Shown: positions 1 to 7,398, counted from the first letter of the stretch. The stretch is 16,733 nt of DNA from a virus (IMGVR_UViG_2974603165_000001:130589-147321), one strand, 5' to 3'. Numbers and translations are program-made. The notes: generated by a model not told the origin, from the sequence alone.

Positions 1-1
1 C

Positions 2-97
2 ACGTTGGATATGGTGACTTTCCACACCATAGGCAGAGCGAAGGTTGATATGAAGACAATGCGTGAACAGGATCTAAAGTGTAGCCGCGACAGGTAG
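2..97 (+). CDS. Possible 3' end of a gene entering from the left (…LDMVTFHTIGRAKVDMKTMREQDLKCSRDR*)
   Basis: Frame open from position 2 to TAG 95-97, followed by a plus-strand terminator. Start is not in the window. Confidence 0.35.
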   Translation, partial: TLDMVTFHTIGRAKVDMKTMREQDLKCSRDR

Positions 98-126
98 TGT
101 AACCCCAGGCACTACCCACTCTCATG

Positions 127-147
127 ACCCGCTTCGGCGGGTTTTTT
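127..147 (+). terminator. Intrinsic terminator
   Basis: ACCCGC-TTCG-GCGGGT stem with UUCG tetraloop, then a T-run. Confidence 0.85.
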
Positions 148-283
148 GTTGCCCACAAAACTCCAACCCGACATGTTTAAGAAATCGTGTTTTCTGTACA
201 TATGCCCCACAACGTGTACACAGCGTAAACATGTCCTTGCTATTGGTAACTCATACTCCTCTCAGTAACTCATATGCGTTACT

Positions 284-309
284 AATAAGAAAGCCTCCCG
301 GAGGAGGCT
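284..309 (-). terminator. Intrinsic terminator downstream of the endonuclease gene
   Basis: AGCCTCC/GGAGGCT 7 bp stem (292-309), 4 nt loop, followed on the minus strand by TTCTTATT; lies just past the stop at 316. Confidence 0.7.
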
Positions 310-315
310 GACCAT

Positions 316-1290
316 TTACCTTATCCTGACACCACCATGCTTCTCGTAGATGGCAATGATCTTCTCCAGGTCGAGAACCGAGACGGTTTCAGTATGACCA
401 TCCTTGATCTCTCTCGAAGTCAACACCCTGCACTGCAAGGTTCTTTTGCACTCTCTTTCTGCCCTTCTGCAAGAAGTGGTCTCGGGGTAAGACCACACAC
501 CCAACACACTCATCTGGAAAAGATTCTTCGAGTTCTGCTGTTGGAGTCTGTTACTGGAGTGGGTAGCAATACCAAACTTCAACGCTACAGCCAGGCCTTC
601 ATCCATGATAAGGTTAATGTACGACTGCCTCTGCGACTGGCTCCCGCACACAGGGCAACCGCACCGTTTCTTCAATTGAGCAGGGTGGAAGTCCCAATCC
701 CCATGCTCCGGGCACCTGAAAACAACACGGGTCTTTTCGTGACCCAACCACTCTCCTGTATCAAAGCCAACAAACTCACAACCCAAAAGTTTGGCCTTTT
801 CCGCTGACCTTTTTTCCGCTTCTGGGGCATGGGCCGTCATAAGGGATTGGCCTGCACTCTTTGATTTACACATCTTGCACCTCTGCCCGAACATAAAATT
901 ACTGAGCCGGGGGCTGAGAACCTTTCCACAAGAACACTTGTATGTGACAATCACATTGTGCTGTTTGAATGGCTCTCGTATTTTTTCGAGAGAGATAAAG
1001 TCCAACCCTTCCTCTAAGAGCGTCTTCTTCACTTTGAAGAGGTACTGCTCAAAATTGAAACGGTACGTATATTTGCATCTGCATGATCTGTCTCCTTTTA
1101 GGAGTTCTCCAACGCGAGATATGAAGTCCTCCCCTCCCACCCCCGCCAAGGCGTATTCATCCTTCTCACAGATGGGGCATTCATACCTCCACATATTCTT
1201 CTTTTCAAGCCTAAAGAATTTCGTCCCTTCTGGAAATTTCCCTGTTGCCATAAAGCGGGACACGTACACCTCATCATCTATTCTTCTCAC
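316..1290 (-). CDS. Putative freestanding homing endonuclease with zinc-ribbon repeats and a GIY-YIG/T5orf172-like C-terminus
   Basis: 324 aa with several Cys clusters (CPIC, CRC, CSC…CKMC, CPEH…CGCPVC). C-terminal YINL…KFGI…RL…ERECKR resembles GIY-YIG-like nuclease domains. Confidence 0.65.
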   Translation of the reverse strand: MRRIDDEVYVSRFMATGKFPEGTKFFRLEKKNMWRYECPICEKDEYALAGVGGEDFISRVGELLKGDRSCRCKYTYRFNFEQYLFKVKKTLLEEGLDFISLEKIREPFKQHNVIVTYKCSCGKVLSPRLSNFMFGQRCKMCKSKSAGQSLMTAHAPEAEKRSAEKAKLLGCEFVGFDTGEWLGHEKTRVVFRCPEHGDWDFHPAQLKKRCGCPVCGSQSQRQSYINLIMDEGLAVALKFGIATHSSNRLQQQNSKNLFQMSVLGVWSYPETTSCRRAERECKRTLQCRVLTSREIKDGHTETVSVLDLEKIIAIYEKHGGVRIR

Positions 1291-1514
1291 GAGACTTTCT
1301 TATCCTCTGGTGCATCCCCTTCCCCACACAATATGAGCAACGCCTCCAACAACTGGACAGGGACTGTGGTCTCTGAGTGTGTGAAAGGCTTAGGCTGCTT
1401 CCTCTTGCCTATCGCTTTCCACACATCACTGAGAACCTTATCTCTGTTGATCCGGGATGCCGGGGTGACCAGCTTATATTCACGTTCAATTTTGTATTCG
1501 CGTTCAGCACTCAT
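1287..1514 (-). CDS. Hypothetical protein, 75 aa
   Basis: AAGGAG RBS upstream; ATGA-type 4 nt overlap with the endonuclease start. Confidence 0.7.
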   Translation of the reverse strand: MSAEREYKIEREYKLVTPASRINRDKVLSDVWKAIGKRKQPKPFTHSETTVPVQLLEALLILCGEGDAPEDKKVS

Positions 1515-1780
1515 TGGCCCTTCTCCTTATGGTTTTCATTGCCCACAATTGTAAACTGATAGGCCCGTAGAGGCAAGCCCTTTTCCTTAGCTGTACAGCT
1601 AAACCAGTGATTTTGCCTAAGAAACCCACCCTTAAATTTCCCCAGAAACCCACCCCCGCCCCCGCGTGGGGAATCTAAAGTGACGCCCCTGTTTGTATGG
1701 TCTCGTCGGAAAAATATCCAGACCCGAAGGGAGGTGTTTTGCCCTAAGCACACCGTCTGATCTGTTAGACGGACACTCAC
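1511..1780 (-). CDS. Doubtful ORF, 89 aa
   Basis: Overlaps the next gene by 4 nt, but has no clear RBS and its GGGGG stretch comes from a G-tract motif. Confidence 0.25.
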   Translation of the reverse strand: MSVRLTDQTVCLGQNTSLRVWIFFRRDHTNRGVTLDSPRGGGGGFLGKFKGGFLRQNHWFSCTAKEKGLPLRAYQFTIVGNENHKEKGQ

Positions 1781-3100
1781 ACCCCTCGGAAAAAGTCAAG
1801 GATCTTTTCAAAATATCTTAGCGGTCGGCCTGTCGAGACCCTTGCGAGTTCGAGACCTTTTTGATTTCGTTGCGAAACTATAACGGCAAATGATTACACA
1901 AATGATTGTTGCATAGTGTGATGATTAGCCAGCTATGAGCACGATTAGACCTTGACTTGAGATGTGTTGTGTGCATACCGCATTTAACATAATACACCTT
2001 ATACGCACTACACTACACACCGGGCAACCACTAACCATAGTGATGATTACATAGAGTGACTATCCACTGCATACACCATCAACACACTAACTATTCATCA
2101 GTGCAACAGTAAGCAGCGCTATAGTAACGCATAGTGACCATTACTGTCGGCTGTGGTGCAGATGAGAGTGATTATCATTACAGAATTGAAACCATTTGCG
2201 TTTTGATTCGCATTCTCAAAAAAGAAATATTCGACAAATGAAAATATTTTTCTTGACATAGGGAAAGAGTCGTGTTTAGCACATCATAACCTTGTGGGCC
2301 TGGCCTTCTGCGATAAGACCATGATTTACATCACATTAAGCCCTTACAGGGCTTGACACTTTAGGGATAATCTGCCCACGAAAAAGCCCTGATTATGACC
2401 GAAAACGGACGTTTTCAGGATGGATAGATAGACCTTTGTCAACCATTAATCACGATTTAACGTGATTTAATTTACATATTGACAAGCCTTTGACGTTATG
2501 ACACGCCACCTATAAAAGCAAGTAGCGATCACGAAAGTGATCGGCGTTATCGTGGCGTGATCATGATGATATCATTGCTACGTAGTAGCATAAACAGATA
2601 AGAAAAATTTATTGATTTATCACGTAAGTGATGATAAAGAGGCGTCACCGTAGCCACGATAACGCGAACGAAATCGAAACTTTGTTTTGATTGAGTTACT
2701 ACTTGCTTTTATAGGTGGCTCGCTACGCTCGCCACCTTCACCCCGATAACGCGAACAAGGGCGATCATTCTGCATTGTCATGATCATAGATCACGACGAA
2801 AAGCAACAGAAAAGAGACGAAAGGCGGGTTTTAGGTTGTGTTTTTAGTTTTATTCACTTTGTTGCATAATCATTCATCCTGAATGCGACACATTATCATC
2901 TTGCCCACAAAACCGGGTTTTTAGTGATTTTACGTGTTTTTCAGTTTGTCAATAGGTCTGAATTGAGCCTGTAAGCCTCTCTGAGCGTCTCGCCTGTTAA
3001 CGTGTACCCTACATCGTTTCCTTTGAGATCTCTTCATAGCGCGTTTTATTCAATTGGCTGCATAAAGAAAAGTTAACTATTGATTGACAGGCACAAAAAA
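1781..3100. other. 1.3 kb non-coding tract rich in inverted and short direct repeats
   Basis: No ORF in the six-frame track between 1780 and 3141; many palindromes read directly. Confidence 0.75.
2505..2719 (+). ncRNA. Candidate structured RNA or ssDNA fold (multi-branched)
   Basis: Perfect 21 bp IR (2505-2525/2699-2719) enclosing a 13 bp IR (2544-2556/2653-2665) and hairpins with GAAA (2526-2543) and GTAA (2619-2632) tetraloops. Confidence 0.45.
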
Positions 3101-3119
3101 GCCGGGAACGTGTCCCGGC
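3095..3119 (-). terminator. Intrinsic terminator ending the early island
   Basis: GCCGGGACACGTTCCCGGC hairpin then TTTTTT on the minus strand, 21 nt after the stop at 3141. Confidence 0.85.
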
Positions 3120-3140
3120 CTGGTGTTGTTGATTGTTGGA

Positions 3141-3404
3141 TTACATGATCAAGGAAGTGAGACCGCCCAGGACTGGCGGCAGATCATAACGGTTCAATTT
3201 GCCCACGGTTGACAGCTTCACCAGAACATAAAGCGCCAACTGTAAAGCGTCGATCACGTTATTGGTGATATTCACGTTATCAGCATCGAAAGCGAGACCG
3301 CCCACACCATTAAACACGGTATTGGTGATCATGCCCACAACGCAAGCCAGCAGGCAAGCGCCGATAAGGTTTGTTTTTGACAGCTTGTAAATTGTTGCTT
3401 TCAT
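3141..3404 (-). CDS. Hypothetical membrane protein, 87 aa
   Basis: Hydrophobic segments (LIGACLLACVVGMI, ALQLALYVLV); own promoter upstream and terminator downstream. Confidence 0.8.
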   Translation of the reverse strand: MKATIYKLSKTNLIGACLLACVVGMITNTVFNGVGGLAFDADNVNITNNVIDALQLALYVLVKLSTVGKLNRYDLPPVLGGLTSLIM

Positions 3405-3436
3405 TTCTTCTTACTCATAAAACCTATTGAGTGCTT

Positions 3437-3465
3437 ACAATAGCAAAAAGCGCCTGACAGTGCAA
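3437..3465 (-). promoter_or_regulatory. Sigma70-like promoter
   Basis: TTGCAC-17-TATTGT; the -35 lies in the loop of an AAGCGC/GCGCTT hairpin. Confidence 0.7.
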
Positions 3466-3494
3466 GCGCTTGTTTTTGGTTTAGTGCTTAAATC

Positions 3495-3737
3495 TTACAG
3501 CGTAAAATCTGGCCCTAACGCATCATTAAGCAGTGCCACCAGGGAACGATCATCCCAGTAAACGGGCTGGACTTCATAAAAACCGACTTCCAAGATCTGC
3601 ACCTTCATGACCTCATATTCAGCCGGGGTAATCTCAATACAGCCGCAAGCATGGCGGGCAATGTGTACGCCCTGCACACGTTCGAATGACACAGAAACCA
3701 CTTTAAAGCCTGCTTTCAAGATTTTGCGAGTTTGCAT
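3495..3737 (-). CDS. Hypothetical protein, 80 aa
   Basis: AAGGA RBS; sits behind a promoter/leader-hairpin cassette. Confidence 0.8.
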   Translation of the reverse strand: MQTRKILKAGFKVVSVSFERVQGVHIARHACGCIEITPAEYEVMKVQILEVGFYEVQPVYWDDRSLVALLNDALGPDFTL

Positions 3738-3757
3738 AGTGTTGATCCTTACGTTAG

Positions 3758-3816
3758 GCCGGGAACCGTTTCCCGTCCTGATGCAGATATATTAACAGAT
3801 CCTTTAATTGGTGCAA
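3758..3816 (-). promoter_or_regulatory. Promoter + 5' leader hairpin cassette
   Basis: TTGCAC-16-TAATAT, then ATCAG-GACGGGAAACGGTTCCCGGCC. Confidence 0.65.
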
Positions 3817-3849
3817 GCGATATCAAAGAATTTTTTACATTAGTTTTGT

Positions 3850-3935
3850 AAAGATTCGGTATTGAGAATCACTCGCATTACCAGAATGACAGGCTCCTCC
3901 GGTGGCTTTCCTCCGGTATCCATCGTTGCCGCTTC
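3850..3935 (-). ncRNA. Candidate small RNA unit A (alternatively a 27 aa ORF at 3840-3923)
   Basis: Follows the promoter at 3942-3970 with no long ORF; aligns by eye with 11797-11873 on the plus strand. Confidence 0.4.
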
Positions 3936-3941
3936 CAAAAC

Positions 3942-3970
3942 AGCATAACAAAAGCGAGACCTGATATCAA
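3942..3970 (-). promoter_or_regulatory. Sigma70-like promoter
   Basis: TTGATA-17-TATGCT; the -35 lies in the loop of a terminator-like hairpin (3954-3977). Confidence 0.65.
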
Positions 3971-3988
3971 GCCCCGCTCATGATTATT

Positions 3989-4198
3989 TTACTTCACAAT
4001 CTTATCATAATGATCGTAAAGCTCTTGTGCTCTGAGACAAGGCCAGGCGGTATCCTCAAAATGTACCCGGTGATCGATTGGCCTTGCATCTTTCAGGCCG
4101 TGAATGTGGAAAAATGATTCATGATCAATCTGTACAGCTTCCAGGATCAAAACGTTGTGTTGATCAATCTCTTTCTTTCTGATGGTGATAGTTGTCAT
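3989..4198 (-). CDS. Hypothetical protein, 69 aa
   Basis: GAGG RBS; directly follows the upstream gene. Confidence 0.8.
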   Translation of the reverse strand: MTTITIRKKEIDQHNVLILEAVQIDHESFFHIHGLKDARPIDHRVHFEDTAWPCLRAQELYDHYDKIVK

Positions 4199-4208
4199 GA
4201 TTTCAGCC

Positions 4209-4583
4209 TCAATAAAAGTCGATGTTTTCAGGGTTTAAGAATTCAAAGTTACGGCTGATCGGTGCGCCAGTCTCACCGCTTCCCCACTGGTTAAGGTTGT
4301 ATTCTGCTGTACGGCGGATCGCTAACCCTTTTTCAATCTTGCTTTCCGCTTCCTGCTGTTTACCGTCTAAGAAGGCATGAAAACGATCACGGGTTGCGCC
4401 GCTTTCAAGTTCCCAGGCTTGCAACTCTTCACGCTCTGACATAACGAACATAAGATCACGAAAACCCTGTTTCGCCATATCCTGGCCCGTGCCAAACATT
4501 GAATGATGATAATCAAAGGTGACGTGAAAAGGCTTGACTTTCGGCAATTTTGCATCTTTCGGTAACGGTTTGGCTGTGATCAT
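4209..4583 (-). CDS. Hypothetical protein, 124 aa (start MITAKP)
   Basis: GAGGGG RBS before ATG 4583. The longer ORF start at 4706 lies inside the -35 of its promoter. Confidence 0.75.
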   Translation of the reverse strand: MITAKPLPKDAKLPKVKPFHVTFDYHHSMFGTGQDMAKQGFRDLMFVMSEREELQAWELESGATRDRFHAFLDGKQQEAESKIEKGLAIRRTAEYNLNQWGSGETGAPISRNFEFLNPENIDFY

Positions 4584-4676
4584 GATTGACCCCTCAAAAG
4601 TTTTAACTGCTATAGCAGGTAAAAACGTTTTACCTGTTATAACGTGTAAGCAGAAACGATAACGCCCTACGCAATA

Positions 4677-4706
4677 AAGATAGCATAGAGCGGTTTTAGA
4701 TTGCAA
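4677..4706 (-). promoter_or_regulatory. Sigma70-like promoter (extended -10)
   Basis: TTGCAA-18-TATCTT with TGn; shares TTGCAATCTAAAA with the promoter at 6074-6101. Confidence 0.6.
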
Positions 4707-4712
4707 GTGTTT

Positions 4713-5219
4713 TTAATGATTATCGACAATCGAATAATAGTAATCAGATCCGCACTCTGTGATCACCTTGTCCACAAGTTCACACATTTTGCGCAAAACG
4801 TAAACGCAATGGCTTTCGAACTCTGAGACAATATTGATGATTTCCAGTGTTGTCGATCCTTGTGGTATGATCAAACAATCCAACACGCCATAATGATCGA
4901 ACCAGGCAACGCATTTAGAGCACTGGAAAGGCTCCTCTTTGCTGTCATGGCAATGTAACCCGGCAGCGTGAAAGGCTCTTAGATTGGCGCATAGCTCGTT
5001 ATACGCTGTTTCCTCTGATTCTGCCCAGAATTCAATCCACTGCTGATCGAACAAGTGATCAAGCTCCTGATCATCGGGTGCGCCCTCCTCGAAAGGTGGC
5101 GCGTTTTCGTCCCAGACAGCTAATTGAAACAGTTTTAAGCCTTCACGCTGGGTTAATGTGTAACGCTCTGATGCAACGCCACGTTTTGAGATATCAACTA
5201 ACCGGATTTTGTGGATCAT
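4713..5219 (-). CDS. Hypothetical protein, 168 aa
   Basis: Fills the space between a hairpin repeat and the next promoter; AAGG RBS. Confidence 0.8.
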   Translation of the reverse strand: MIHKIRLVDISKRGVASERYTLTQREGLKLFQLAVWDENAPPFEEGAPDDQELDHLFDQQWIEFWAESEETAYNELCANLRAFHAAGLHCHDSKEEPFQCSKCVAWFDHYGVLDCLIIPQGSTTLEIINIVSEFESHCVYVLRKMCELVDKVITECGSDYYYSIVDNH

Positions 5220-5242
5220 GTTACCGCCTTATAAAAGAGTAT

Positions 5243-5261
5243 GCCGGGAACGTGTCCCGGC
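5243..5261. repeat. Intercistronic hairpin repeat
   Basis: GCCGGGAACGTGTCCCGGC, identical to 3101-3119 but without a U-tract. Confidence 0.85.
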
Positions 5262-5270
5262 GTTTTGTGG

Positions 5271-5639
5271 TTATTCAATGTAAAGCAATTCTGCATCAAT
5301 GTAAACATTTTTGCTTGCAAATGACTGTGAAAGCGATGTTAATTTATCGCCTCTTTCGCCTAAACCACGATCCCAGAATCCAGCGCCGTGACCGTTGCGA
5401 GTAAGCCAAAAATCATGCCCCGCGTTAGAAAAATCATAGCCCGATGGCAAGTTATCCAGCAGATCCCCGGCAGCGTCGATAAATTGGGCGCAATCGTAAG
5501 CGCTATTGATTTTCGCAGACTCTGAGAGATCAAAACTTTCCAGGCTTTCGAATTCTTCCCCGTTGTCATCAGTGGCGCTACTGCTCCACACCAGGCAAGT
5601 TAGGTAAGCATTAAGGAACGTTTCAAAGTTGGATTTCAT
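5271..5639 (-). CDS. Phage protein with AGHDFWLTRNGHGAGFWDR motif, 122 aa (start MKSNF)
   Basis: GAGG RBS before ATG 5639. I recall the motif as recurrent in phage early regions; function unknown to me. Confidence 0.8.
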   Translation of the reverse strand: MKSNFETFLNAYLTCLVWSSSATDDNGEEFESLESFDLSESAKINSAYDCAQFIDAAGDLLDNLPSGYDFSNAGHDFWLTRNGHGAGFWDRGLGERGDKLTSLSQSFASKNVYIDAELLYIE

Positions 5640-5683
5640 CGGGTTAACCTCGTTTTGTTGTGTGGCATTAGTGCCTGAAAGAG

Positions 5684-5712
5684 ATACTATCAAAAGCGCC
5701 TACAGCTTGCAA
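5684..5712 (-). promoter_or_regulatory. Sigma70-like promoter
   Basis: TTGCAA-17-TAGTAT; -35 in the loop of hairpin 5692-5720; near-copy of the 3446-3471 region. Confidence 0.75.
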
Positions 5713-5730
5713 GCGCCTTTACTAACACTC

Positions 5731-6024
5731 TTACATTTTGTCCGCTTTCAGCATATCGGAAACGTAATCTAACAGCTTGTTGAATTTCTGCTTTTCGTCG
5801 ATCCAGACTGGCAGATCTTCCAGCTTGCTAAACAGGTTTGAATAATAGCTTAATGTTTCATCATCATTCAGACGGTACATTACTAACGGTTCACACTCGT
5901 TTTCTAAATCCCAGACCCAGACCTGGCGCATATCGTCTGCATCGTGCAAGGTAACATCAAGCCCCCGGCGTTGTGCAAAACCTTTTACAACTTCTTTTAG
6001 TGAACCGTCTTTATTAATGATCAT
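5731..6024 (-). CDS. Hypothetical protein, 97 aa
   Basis: Behind a promoter/leader cassette; AAGGG RBS. Confidence 0.8.
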   Translation of the reverse strand: MIINKDGSLKEVVKGFAQRRGLDVTLHDADDMRQVWVWDLENECEPLVMYRLNDDETLSYYSNLFSKLEDLPVWIDEKQKFNKLLDYVSDMLKADKM

Positions 6025-6045
6025 GGTGTAACCCTTTCAAGTGGT

Positions 6046-6101
6046 GGCGGTAGGATTACCGCCGATGTGAGACATTCTATCAGAGTGATTTTAGATTGCA
6101 A
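6046..6101 (-). promoter_or_regulatory. Promoter + leader hairpin cassette
   Basis: TTGCAA-16-TAGAAT, then CACATC-GGCGGTA-ATCC-TACCGCC. Confidence 0.75.
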
Positions 6102-6354
6102 TAACTTTCGCACCAGTTAAAGAGCGGTAAAAGTGGAAATGCTGCATTGCTTTATGTTCTGTGAAGCGATAGACGCCAGAAGCAAAACCGCCGACTTTGC
6201 TTGCTTCCATTACCAGGTAAGAATCACCGCCTTTGTGCTCAACAGTGATGATCCTAAATTCGCTTTCAGCTTTTGCGATAATGCCACGGGCTGGCGCTGG
6301 TGGGGTGATTACAGCGGGTTTTTTGCAGAAAAGAGACTTTAAGAATTTAAACAT
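6091..6354 (-). CDS. Hypothetical protein, 87 aa
   Basis: GGAGG RBS; own cassette upstream. Confidence 0.8.
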   Translation of the reverse strand: MFKFLKSLFCKKPAVITPPAPARGIIAKAESEFRIITVEHKGGDSYLVMEASKVGGFASGVYRFTEHKAMQHFHFYRSLTGAKVIAI

Positions 6355-6373
6355 GTTTGTAACCTCCAGAAAA

Positions 6374-6430
6374 GGCGGCGCTATTGCCGCCCGATGTGGT
6401 TACTTTACGCCTTTAGGTTTTCGCCGTCAA
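6374..6430 (-). promoter_or_regulatory. Promoter + leader hairpin cassette
   Basis: TTGACG-17-TAAAGT, then AACCACATC-G-GGCGGC-AATAGC-GCCGCC-TTTT. Confidence 0.75.
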
Positions 6431-6740
6431 TAGGAAAAACATCATTAACGATAGAAATTAGAGCGCCGATCACTTGATCCTGGGTTAAGGCGCTGCTTTC
6501 GCCTTCTTGGATCTGCTTTCCGTTGCAATCCAGTGCATAAGAAATAAAGCTATCACGATAAACCGCGTTAACAGTCTGTTTAACCTCAGTGCGGATCACT
6601 ACTTCCAGGCGGCAAGTTTTGAACTTGTCCGCTTGATCGGTAAAAGTCAACAGCATTTTATCATCAAAAGAGCGGAATTCAACTTCAACACGATCCGCAA
6701 CATTACCAGACAGGAAAAAGAAATTTTTTGCATTAGCCAT
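6405..6740 (-). CDS. Hypothetical protein, 111 aa (start MANAKN)
   Basis: AAGGG RBS before ATG 6740; this start avoids overlap with the upstream small gene. Confidence 0.75.
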   Translation of the reverse strand: MANAKNFFFLSGNVADRVEVEFRSFDDKMLLTFTDQADKFKTCRLEVVIRTEVKQTVNAVYRDSFISYALDCNGKQIQEGESSALTQDQVIGALISIVNDVFPIDGENLKA

Positions 6741-6750
6741 GATATGACCC

Positions 6751-6873
6751 TTATTTAAATAAAGCGGCAAGCGCCAGGAATGAGAAGAAAACCAGGAGGA
6801 TCAAAGACATACGATCCGCCTCTTTGTATGCTTCATTTTCGGTAGAATACTCAACTACATAAGGCTTTTTCAT
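6751..6873 (-). CDS. Small membrane protein, 40 aa (MKKPYVVE…LILLVFFSFLALAALFK)
   Basis: GGAGG RBS before ATG 6873; hydrophobic C-terminus. The longer ORF would run through the promoter cassette. Confidence 0.7.
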   Translation of the reverse strand: MKKPYVVEYSTENEAYKEADRMSLILLVFFSFLALAALFK

Positions 6874-6896
6874 CTTGTGACCCTCCAGGTTAGCAA

Positions 6897-6954
6897 CCGG
6901 GAACCATTTCCCGGCTGATGTGGTATTATTGATCGGTTTGGGTTGCCGTGTCAA
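6897..6954 (-). promoter_or_regulatory. Promoter + leader hairpin cassette
   Basis: TTGACA-18-AATAAT, then CCACATCAGCCGGGAAATGGTTCCCGG (27 bp identical to 9053-9079). Confidence 0.8.
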
Positions 6955-7292
6955 TCATTAGTTTGTGGGATTTTGTCGATACTCTCAAAAAAGTTATCGT
7001 CCGCATCCTGCACGTTTTGCAGGTATACCGCCCCGGCGTTATCCGGTGCGCCAACATCCGAACCAGGCAAAACACGATAGCAACCAGCAAAAGTAAACTT
7101 GTTAGGATCTTTCGGATCATTGGTAACATCATCAGGATAGAGGCGATCCAACATTGCCACACAATCGGCCTGATCTTTTGCATAGCTGGCGCTGGTGGAT
7201 GTCCAGTATTGCTCATAAGATGATTTACAATCATCAGCGTTGTTAGGCTGTACGGTGCAAAGGAAAGAAGCCAGTACGATAGATGCGATCAT
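6951..7292 (-). CDS. Putative exported protein with 4 Cys, 113 aa (start MIASIVLASFLC)
   Basis: Hydrophobic N-terminus and four cysteines; start is 5 nt after the stop of the 33 aa gene. Confidence 0.7.
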   Translation of the reverse strand: MIASIVLASFLCTVQPNNADDCKSSYEQYWTSTSASYAKDQADCVAMLDRLYPDDVTNDPKDPNKFTFAGCYRVLPGSDVGAPDNAGAVYLQNVQDADDNFFESIDKIPQTND

Positions 7293-7296
7293 GATA

Positions 7297-7398
7297 TCAA
7301 CCCCACAAAACAGCAGCAGTAACAACAAGACCAATGATCGCCAGTACGATAGCAACCGACCCGATTAACAACCATTTCGCAATTTTGTACTCATTCAT
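7297..7398 (-). CDS. Small single-pass membrane peptide, 33 aa (MNEYKIAKWLLIGSVAIVLAIIGLVVTAAVLWG)
   Basis: Hand-translated and not in the ORF track; GAGG RBS; first gene behind the promoter at 7458-7487. Confidence 0.75.
   Translation of the reverse strand: MNEYKIAKWLLIGSVAIVLAIIGLVVTAAVLWG

Noticed and set aside
1593-1616. Resemblance to a ToxI antitoxin repeat junction (pseudo-ToxI mimic)
   Set aside because: A single, short, gapped similarity judged from memory; it is not tandem and is mostly explained by the local palindrome.
151-2910. GCCCAC(A/G)A octamer at 151, 1541, 2292 (reverse), 2374 and 2903
   Set aside because: Short, irregularly spaced and without consistent context; it cannot be separated from chance without genome-wide counts.
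3890-3935. GGA-rich RNA as a CsrA/RsmA sponge
   Set aside because: It has about six GGA, but only one fits ANGGA well, they are not in repeated small hairpin loops, and the paralogous unit B keeps only one.
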